The translations under genes and the position numbers were made by a program. A DNA stretch of 64,000 bases, taken from Parcubacteria group bacterium (GTDB lineage: Bacteria; Patescibacteriota; Patescibacteriia; UBA9934; GWF2-40-263). The stretch's first letter is position 1. Every line of letters starts with the position of its first letter. Location of the stretch: contig JABMNZ010000026.1 of assembly GCA_013204395.1 (NCBI GenBank), positions 13,421 to 77,420 of the forward strand, read 5' to 3'. The notes beneath the pieces are model-generated. The model ran no database searches. It saw nothing but the letters and a program-made list of their open reading frames with translations, and had not been told where the DNA came from. Below are positions 57,682 to 64,000 of this stretch, piece by piece.

Positions 57682-58035
57682 ATGTCTGATATCAAAGAAA
57701 TGACCGAGGCAATTCTGAAGTTTCGCAGTGAGCGAGACTGGGAGAAGTTTCATAAGCCCAAGGACTGCGCGATTTCACTTACCCTAGAAGCCGCCGAAGT
57801 GGCCGAGCTTTTTCAGTGGAAGACTGATCAGGAAATGGATGCGATGAAGACAAGCGAAGGCCAAGAAGACCTAGCTGACGAACTCTCAGACGTCATCTGG
57901 TGGGCCCTACTCATGGCACACGACTTTGACATCGACATGAAAGAGGCTTTTATGAGAAAGGTGGAGAAGTCGGGGGAAAAGTATCCGGCGGAGAAGTCTA
58001 AGGGGAATGCGATTAAGTATACGAAGTTGGGGTAG
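57682..58035 (+). CDS. MazG-like nucleotide pyrophosphohydrolase domain protein
   Basis: …FRSERDWEKFHKPKDCAISLTLEAAEVAELFQW…EDLADELSDVIWW… MazG motifs. Confidence 0.6.
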   Translation: MSDIKEMTEAILKFRSERDWEKFHKPKDCAISLTLEAAEVAELFQWKTDQEMDAMKTSEGQEDLADELSDVIWWALLMAHDFDIDMKEAFMRKVEKSGEKYPAEKSKGNAIKYTKLG

Positions 58036-58069
58036 TAAAAAAGCAGCCGTAATGGCTGTTTTTTGTTTT
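58036..58069 (+). terminator. rho-independent terminator
   Basis: aaaagcagcc-gtaat-ggctgctttt type. Confidence 0.8.
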
Positions 58070-58138
58070 GACTGGTGGGGTTGAGGGGGCTATTATGAGT
58101 GCATTGATCTCGGCTAAATATGCTGGATTTTTGTTATT

Positions 58139-58441
58139 ATGACCCATAGTACTCGTGCAAAAGTTTGGCTTCATGCTTCTGATAAGGCTGCTTGGCATTT
58201 TGTTACACTGTCGAATGCTGTTGCTACAAAATTAGAAAAAGAGTTTAAACGTCCACGTCGAGGCTGGGGTTCGATTCCTATTCAGGTTACTATTGGAAAA
58301 AGTGTTTGGAAGACATCGATATTTCCAAATAAGAAATCCGGAGGTCTTATTTTGCCGATTAAATCAAAGGTTCGTAAGGCTGAGGGAGTTTCAGCAGGAG
58401 ACACGGTTTCTTTCATTGTTGAAGTAGACCGTTGGCGTTGA
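58139..58441 (+). CDS. DUF1905-like small protein
   Basis: …LPIKSKVRKAEGVSAGDTVSF…. Confidence 0.45.
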   Translation: MTHSTRAKVWLHASDKAAWHFVTLSNAVATKLEKEFKRPRRGWGSIPIQVTIGKSVWKTSIFPNKKSGGLILPIKSKVRKAEGVSAGDTVSFIVEVDRWR

Positions 58442-58449
58442 TCAATTAT

Positions 58450-59547
58450 ATGAAAAAAGAACTTATTGGATTTTTGGCGGTATCACTATTACTCGTGCCA
58501 GTTGCGGGTGTCTTTGCTAGTGGGGAAGTTCGAGAACATTTGGTTCAGCCGGGGGAGAATCTTTGGCAGATTGCTGGGGACGAGCTTGGGAGTCCTTGGT
58601 GCTGGACGCTGATCGCGGCTATTCCTGAAAATGATCTTGATTATCAAGGGTATCTTTATGCTGGCGACTCAATCACATTGCCGCCTGTGGAATCCTGCAC
58701 TGCCTTGGCCAATCCATTGTCAGTTAGTGGGAGTCAGGTTGATGAAGAGGTTCTTGAGCACGTACTAATACATCCTTGGTATGCAACCGGTTCTAAGGCT
58801 GAGACTTACATAGAAAAAACCTATCGTGATGCAGTCAATCTTGTTGGTTATTCAAAGGCTGATGACATGTACCATAGAAATGATCCGGATTTGTATCGAG
58901 AGCGTGATGGAGATACTTGGTACGTCAATTCAAGAGGAGAGCGCAGTCAGGCTTGGGACTATGTAGATCATGTTTTGAAGAATGATCAGACGGGTTCTGT
59001 TTTTTATCGTGCGCGTGATATTCAGGGCCGGTGGTATTTGGTGAGTAATGAGGAGTCAACACTTCTTTCATTTGAACCTAATTATGTCTACCTGAACACC
59101 ATTACAGATGAGGCCTTTGTGTATCGTGGAGACGATGATTCAACTCAGTTTTACTCGTCAACTGAATCATGGGTTGTTTCACAGCGACTGTATGTTGTGG
59201 CAGCGGCTTCAGATGGGAGAATCTTGTTTCAGAATAAAAATAACATCGCATTACGAACGATCGACGATAACGGTGAGATTGTAGATATGTGTGATAGTGC
59301 TGCTTGCTCGTCTGAGATAACGTATTGGTTGAGTGGAGAAAAGATTGCAACAGTGTCTAGCACAATGGTGCCACTTTTTTCTCAATCAGACGCAGCTGTG
59401 AAACTCCCATTTTATTTTGTGGGAGCACAGAAGGCATTTAAGTACTACGGCGCCTTTGGCCGCCCGTGGTTTGATGCTGATGGAAATCTTGTCTTTACCA
59501 CCATCTTTGATAATAGAATTTCCAAGCAGACATTTGATCTTAAGTAG
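58450..59547 (+). CDS. secreted LysM-domain protein
   Basis: Signal peptide; HLVQPGENLWQIA…DSITLP LysM-like. Confidence 0.5.
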   Translation: MKKELIGFLAVSLLLVPVAGVFASGEVREHLVQPGENLWQIAGDELGSPWCWTLIAAIPENDLDYQGYLYAGDSITLPPVESCTALANPLSVSGSQVDEEVLEHVLIHPWYATGSKAETYIEKTYRDAVNLVGYSKADDMYHRNDPDLYRERDGDTWYVNSRGERSQAWDYVDHVLKNDQTGSVFYRARDIQGRWYLVSNEESTLLSFEPNYVYLNTITDEAFVYRGDDDSTQFYSSTESWVVSQRLYVVAAASDGRILFQNKNNIALRTIDDNGEIVDMCDSAACSSEITYWLSGEKIATVSSTMVPLFSQSDAAVKLPFYFVGAQKAFKYYGAFGRPWFDADGNLVFTTIFDNRISKQTFDLK

Positions 59548-59550
59548 GTT

Positions 59551-59796
59551 ATGTGGACCATTTACATCTTGAGGTGCAGTGACGACACACTCTACACAGG
59601 CATCACCACAGATCTTGATAACAGGATCGAGGTTCATAATGCAGGTAAGGGTGCTAAGTACACACGTGGTCGTGGACCTGTGAAGGTGGTGTGGTCACGC
59701 GGTGGTCTTACTGAAAGTGAGGCTCGAAAGAAAGAAATTCAGATAAAGAAAATGTCACGGAAAGAAAAAGAGACTTATGCCAGGAACGACTCGTAA
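59551..59796 (+). CDS. GIY-YIG nuclease family protein
   Basis: [26 protein letters not shown]. Confidence 0.75.
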   Translation: MWTIYILRCSDDTLYTGITTDLDNRIEVHNAGKGAKYTRGRGPVKVVWSRGGLTESEARKKEIQIKKMSRKEKETYARNDS

Positions 59797-59974
59797 AAAT
59801 ATTACTCCAGGGCTGTATGTAGCCATCGTGCAGAAAGAAGATCAAAGGTCTGGGAAATTGACTCAGGGATTTGTGAAGGATCTGCTTACTAGCTCTTCTG
59901 TACATCCAAGGGGAATCAAGGTTCGCTTAGATACTGGGGAGGTTGGGCGTGTTCAGCATATTCTGCAGAGGTGA
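59777..59974 (+). CDS. YwbE family small protein
   Basis: …[24 protein letters not shown]…HPRGIKVRL…GEVGRV. Confidence 0.6.
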   Translation: MPGTTRKNITPGLYVAIVQKEDQRSGKLTQGFVKDLLTSSSVHPRGIKVRLDTGEVGRVQHILQR

Positions 59975-60025
59975 TATCTGCTATAATAGAATTATAAATA
60001 GGTAATGATGTAGAACAATAACTAT

Positions 60026-60391
60026 ATGGAAACATTTTTTCTTGTCGCTCAGGTGATTCTCGGTATGTATTTTGTTATGGCTGGTGTCATGCATTTTATG
60101 AAGCTGGATATGATGGTTGGTTATGCCACCTCAAAAAAGTTGCCTGCACCAAAGTTAGCAACGATTCTTTCAGGGCTAGTTCTTCTTCTTGGAGGTCTCG
60201 GTATCTTATTCCAGTACGAGCTTACATGGTCCTATGGTCTACTTGCAGGATTTCTAGCCGTGGCTGCTCTCACAATGCATCGTTTTTGGGAAGATAAAAC
60301 TCCTGAGGCAAAGATGTCAAATATGATCAACTTTGAAAAGAACCTGGCCTTAGCATCAGCACTCGTGATGCTATTGGTTCTCCAGTCATAA
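60026..60391 (+). CDS. DoxX family membrane protein
   Basis: 4-TM, DoxX-like. Confidence 0.6.
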   Translation: METFFLVAQVILGMYFVMAGVMHFMKLDMMVGYATSKKLPAPKLATILSGLVLLLGGLGILFQYELTWSYGLLAGFLAVAALTMHRFWEDKTPEAKMSNMINFEKNLALASALVMLLVLQS

Positions 60392-60465
60392 TAGTACTTT
60401 TTAAAAATCCTCCTTAGGGGGGATTTTTTTGTTTTGTCATGTTTCTCTTAATTCGACCTCTACCA

Positions 60466-60493
60466 TTGACGAAACTCTTAAAATGACTATACT
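60466..60493 (+). promoter_or_regulatory. sigma70 promoter TTGACG-N16-TATACT
   Basis: Consensus-like, 30 nt upstream of ATG 60523. Confidence 0.5.
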
Positions 60494-60522
60494 ATTCAGA
60501 CCTCGCTCGAAAGGAGCATCTC

Positions 60523-60924
60523 ATGCTCGAGGCTCACACCACCCCATCTGCCATCCCCAGCAAACCTGGGGCCACCGTCGTCTACTTACACAAGTGGCGA
60601 GGCTTCAGGAACAAGGAGATCGGACCCTGTTTCACTCCGATCGCGGTCAAGACGCTGCGCAGGATGCAGCCTGGATCGCTGGTCTGGGTCGACACCGACC
60701 CCATGCACATGCAAGGAAAGGTCTACGGCTACACGCTCGTTACGATCGGCTCGATCACGGATCGTGGCAACGGAAAGTTCTGGATCTCGTTCAACGGTGG
60801 CGGATCCCTGGTCGATGGCAACAAGACCAAGCAGCACAAGTTCATGCGGGTGCAGGCCCCGGTTCGACTCGAGGGCTTGCTCCGAGACAATCCCGACGCC
60901 ACGAAGCCCGCTCACGAATACTGA
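60523..60924 (+). CDS. hypothetical protein (high GC)
   Basis: AAAGGAG RBS; 133 aa. Confidence 0.45.
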   Translation: MLEAHTTPSAIPSKPGATVVYLHKWRGFRNKEIGPCFTPIAVKTLRRMQPGSLVWVDTDPMHMQGKVYGYTLVTIGSITDRGNGKFWISFNGGGSLVDGNKTKQHKFMRVQAPVRLEGLLRDNPDATKPAHEY

Positions 60925-60975
60925 GTCTTCGATCGAAGACTCCCCCCCGTCTCTTGCAGACGGGTTTTTTGTTTT
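60923..60975 (+). terminator. double-hairpin rho-independent terminator
   Basis: gagtcttcgatcgaagactc then cccgtctcttgcagacggg + T6GT4. Confidence 0.75.
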
Positions 60976-61005
60976 CACCACTCACATTTGTTACACTGAT
61001 CGCCT

Positions 61006-61674
61006 ATGAATACTCCTAAACTTGTTGGATTAGATTTTGATGGCGTTGTTGTAGCAGGATCGAATCAAGCTTACTTTGATGCGTACCACATGGCCCTTGA
61101 GGCCGTGGGTGTGAAGCTGGATCCAAAGGTGGAACATGAGCGAATCATTCAAGGATGGGGGAGCGGTTGCATTGAACAGCTGGAGATTATTCTGGCCGAG
61201 CATCCAGATAAGGTTGAACAAGCTGGTGTGGTTTGGAATGAGCATGTTGAGTCAGAAGCTTTTTGGGAGAAGGTTTCCATTATCAAGGGGTGCAAGGAGG
61301 CGATAGAGAGGATGTCTCGCATTGTGCCTGTGGTGGTTGTTAGTGGAACGCGCGTGCATCACATAGAAGCGCTCCTGAAGGAGGGTGGCATCCAGGGGGT
61401 ATCAGCTATATACTCTTCTTATGACGTGGCGTCTGAACTAAAGAAACCTCACCCTCACACCCTTCAGCTCGCTTTGGAGAAATTCAATGTGGTCCCAGAA
61501 GATACAATTTACGTCGGTGACATGGTCAACGATATAGTCATGACTCGCGCAGCAGGTGCGAGGCCCGTGGCCGTGCTGACCGGGGAGCTGGATACCCCCA
61601 CGGCAGAGTCAATGGAGGTTGAGTTTATAGGAGGGGATTTGTTGGCTGTTGCGAACCAGTATTTTCCACAGTAG
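61006..61674 (+). CDS. HAD-superfamily hydrolase (phosphoglycolate-phosphatase-like)
   Basis: VGLDFDGVVV motif I; YVGDMVND motif III. Confidence 0.7.
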   Translation: MNTPKLVGLDFDGVVVAGSNQAYFDAYHMALEAVGVKLDPKVEHERIIQGWGSGCIEQLEIILAEHPDKVEQAGVVWNEHVESEAFWEKVSIIKGCKEAIERMSRIVPVVVVSGTRVHHIEALLKEGGIQGVSAIYSSYDVASELKKPHPHTLQLALEKFNVVPEDTIYVGDMVNDIVMTRAAGARPVAVLTGELDTPTAESMEVEFIGGDLLAVANQYFPQ

Positions 61675-61809
61675 TCCCTTTTATTCACATCCTAAGCCTT
61701 GACCAGTAAACGTTTCAGTGCTGTAATAGAAGTGGATGATAAGCTAGAAGATAAAAAGATAATCCCCCTACGTTATAAATACGTTGGGGGATTTGTGTTT
61801 TGAGTTGTT

Positions 61810-61889
61810 GGAACCGTGGGCCCGGCTTGGTGCGTCTTTTGGCTTATCATCCAAGAAGATTGGGGTTCGAAACCCCACGGGTCCACGGT
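61810..61889 (+). other. tRNA-like element: canonical T-arm (TGGGG-TTCGAAA-CCCCA) + 7-bp acceptor, enclosed by 13-bp stem; no canonical D-arm
   Basis: aaccgtgggcccg…cgggtccacggtt pairing; possible tRNA pseudogene/att remnant. Confidence 0.2.
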
Positions 61890-62035
61890 TTTAACGGCTT
61901 AAGATACGTCGATGCATAGAATTGTGTTTCCACACAAGATTTTGTGTTTGTTAAGTTACAAACGAAACATACGACGGCCGTCGTATAAAGCGTCGTGAAG
62001 ATGTTGGGTCACTTGTTACTGGCCGTACCGTACAG

Positions 62036-62791
62036 ATGACGTATAATGTCGTTGGTATGAATCGTGAGTATAAAATAAGGCTAGATAAGGAGTATGTTGC
62101 TCACGGTGTTTTTTCTGGTTCAGTAAAAAAGCCCTTGGTGATAATTGTTCATGGACTTGGTACGGGTATTACAGAGGGGTTGTATGAGCAGGCGCAAAGA
62201 TGGTTTACAGAAAACGGTTATGCGACCTATTTGTTTGGTCTTTACGGTTGGCAAAAAGATGCGCGACAATTAATCAACTGTACACTAGAAATACATTCAG
62301 CAGATCTCGATAAGGTGGTAGAGCATTTCCGTCGCAAGGGGATTAATAAGATCTACGCTGTTGGTCATAGTTTTGGAGGGCCAACAATATTACGTTCAAA
62401 AAAACAACGATTCGATGCAGTTGCGGTGTGGGACCCTTCGTACGATCTTTCTTTTACAAAAAAAAGTTACGGTATGCCCGGAGGAGAATACGTGAACCAA
62501 CTGGATGGATATCTTATGCCCTGGGGGATAAATGTTTTGATAGGGCGAGCTATGGCTGAAGAGTCAGATCAACTTGATTGGGCTGCAATTCCTAAAACGT
62601 TTCATGTCCCACTCAAGATCATTGTTGCTGGTGACGGGGTCTTGGTGTCTGGTTGTCAGAAATATTTTGCTTCTGCGAACAAGCCAAAACAGCTTTCTGT
62701 TCTGAAAGGAGCAACTCACTTTTTTAATGATTCACAAAAGATGCGTGAGAGATTGTTTAAACTAACGAGTAAGTGGTTCGAGAAGTTCTAG
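62036..62791 (+). CDS. alpha/beta-hydrolase fold protein
   Basis: GHSFGG nucleophile elbow. Confidence 0.55.
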   Translation: MTYNVVGMNREYKIRLDKEYVAHGVFSGSVKKPLVIIVHGLGTGITEGLYEQAQRWFTENGYATYLFGLYGWQKDARQLINCTLEIHSADLDKVVEHFRRKGINKIYAVGHSFGGPTILRSKKQRFDAVAVWDPSYDLSFTKKSYGMPGGEYVNQLDGYLMPWGINVLIGRAMAEESDQLDWAAIPKTFHVPLKIIVAGDGVLVSGCQKYFASANKPKQLSVLKGATHFFNDSQKMRERLFKLTSKWFEKF

Positions 62792-62793
62792 GT

Positions 62794-63570
62794 ATGTCCG
62801 TCCTCTATCAAACAACTGGAATTGTGCTGTCGCGCCGGGATCATAAGGAGGTAGATCGGTGGTACAGCGTTTTTACCCCCGACCGTGGGAAGGTCGAGTT
62901 TTTGGCGCGTGGAGGACACAAGCCGTTGGCGAAACTCACTCCCCACCTTGAGTCCGTTGCTGTTGTGGATCTTTTGTTGGTTTACGGACGGCACTATCAA
63001 ACCGTTGCCGGGGTAGATCGACGGAGGGCTTATGAGGGCGTGCGGACAGATCTTTCTCGACAGGTGCTCGCGTACAATGCCTTGCATCTGGTAGACATTG
63101 GCACGCGAGCTGACGAGGCAGATCCCTCCATTTACAGGTTAATCGAACAGTGGCTCGAGTTTCTCGATCAGGACGTAACGATTACTGCAGAGAGGGCAGG
63201 ATTCCTCCTTGGTGGATTTGCCCTGAAACTTCTTGGTCTAGTTGGGTATCACCCCGAGCTTCGTGAGTGTCTTGGGTGTCGGCTAGCGATAGGGGCAGGT
63301 CAATATCGATGGCATGGTCTAAGAGGAGGGGTGGTGTGTTCTGGGTGCACAGATAAAGACCAAGAGCAATGGTTTTCCGCACGTACAATGACCGATGAGG
63401 CCCTCAAATTGGTCCGTTTTGCCCTCTCAGAGGGCTTTGACGCTCAACTGCGCCCACATCTGTCTGGAGAGCATTTAACGGGCTTTCACGAGGCGACAGA
63501 ATCTCTCATGATTTCACACTTCCCAACTATCCCCGCCAGCTCATTGAGGGGGGCCTGTAGGGTGTGTTAA
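62794..63570 (+). CDS. recO: DNA repair protein RecO
   Basis: N-terminal OB-fold (GIVLSRRDHKE.DRW.SVFT…G) and C4 zinc finger CLGC…CSGC. Confidence 0.75.
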   Translation: MSVLYQTTGIVLSRRDHKEVDRWYSVFTPDRGKVEFLARGGHKPLAKLTPHLESVAVVDLLLVYGRHYQTVAGVDRRRAYEGVRTDLSRQVLAYNALHLVDIGTRADEADPSIYRLIEQWLEFLDQDVTITAERAGFLLGGFALKLLGLVGYHPELRECLGCRLAIGAGQYRWHGLRGGVVCSGCTDKDQEQWFSARTMTDEALKLVRFALSEGFDAQLRPHLSGEHLTGFHEATESLMISHFPTIPASSLRGACRVC

Positions 63571-63582
63571 GCTGTTTTTACT

Positions 63583-64000
63583 ATGAATTCAACAACCGTT
63601 TCTTCTATATCTACCCATGTCGGCCAAGAGGTTGAACTAAAGGGGTGGTGCTATAACTTCCGCTCAAGCGGAAAGATTTTTTTTCTACAGTTTCGCGATG
63701 GATCTGGACGTGTGCAAGTCGTCTATTCTAAGGGGGATCTTTCTGAAGAGCAGTGGGAGGCCTTGCAGTCACTCCGACTGGAATCATCTGTGATTGTCAC
63801 TGGGCTTGTGAAGGAAGACTCACGCTCTCCATCCGGTTTTGAACTTGAGGGACGTGGGGTGAACATCGTTCAGATTGCCGATGAGGGGTATCCCATTGGC
63901 AAGAAGGAACATGGCCCTGACTTCTTGCTAGACAATCGTCACCTTTGGCTGCGTTCTGAAAGTCAGTGGGCGGTTCAACGCGTGCGTGATCAGATCATCA
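63583..64000 (+). CDS. class IIb aminoacyl-tRNA synthetase (Asn/Asp type), N-terminal anticodon-binding OB domain; 3' end outside window
   Basis: …VELKGWCYNFRSSGKIFFLQFRDGSGRVQVV…FLLDNRHLWLRS…. Confidence 0.7.
   Translation, partial: MNSTTVSSISTHVGQEVELKGWCYNFRSSGKIFFLQFRDGSGRVQVVYSKGDLSEEQWEALQSLRLESSVIVTGLVKEDSRSPSGFELEGRGVNIVQIADEGYPIGKKEHGPDFLLDNRHLWLRSESQWAVQRVRDQII

Noticed and set aside
1-64000. CRISPR arrays, rRNA genes, IS elements, integrases
   Set aside because: No regularly spaced direct repeats of 25-40 nt. No 16S/23S/5S-like conserved blocks. No DDE/HUH transposase or tyrosine/serine recombinase motifs in any ORF in this window.

Overview
The window has a low-GC backbone (roughly 40-45% GC) that carries housekeeping genes. 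These include a partial UDP-glucose dehydrogenase, comEC, ndk, dtd, murA, an rpsL-rpsG-fusA … tuf-rpsJ-rplC…rplO-secY-adk-map ribosomal superoperon, ruvX, recO and a partial class-II aminoacyl-tRNA synthetase. The ribosomal cluster shows Candidate-Phyla-Radiation-like traits: there is no L30 gene between S5 and L15, L23 and S5 carry N-terminal extensions, and backbone genes have essentially no Shine-Dalgarno sequences.

Interspersed are sharply delimited high-GC blocks (roughly 55-60% GC). Their genes carry strong GGAGG ribosome-binding sites but sit behind AT-rich TTGACA-N16/17-TA(T/A)TCT-type promoters.

The largest block (13.4-20.1 kb) is a complete NAD salvage and biosynthesis cassette on the minus strand. 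It runs pncA, a nadD::nadK fusion, pncB, a Nudix hydrolase and a glutamine-dependent nadE. It abuts a low-GC NrtR-type Nudix/winged-helix regulator, and a 33-bp imperfect palindrome repeats upstream of two of its operons.

Other high-GC blocks encode three GNAT-like acyltransferases (two in tandem), an ADP-ribosylglycohydrolase, a PlsC acyltransferase and alpha/beta hydrolases. They also encode a previously unrecognisable family of three about 510-530-aa paralogues: two in tandem at 7.0-10.3 kb and one at 27.3-28.9 kb. These share a conserved roughly 130-aa C-terminal domain, near-identical terminators, and a decayed fourth terminator copy near 4.3 kb.

No CRISPR array, rRNA or clear canonical tRNA was found. 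One tRNA-like element lies at about 61.8 kb and has a perfect T-arm and acceptor but no D-arm.
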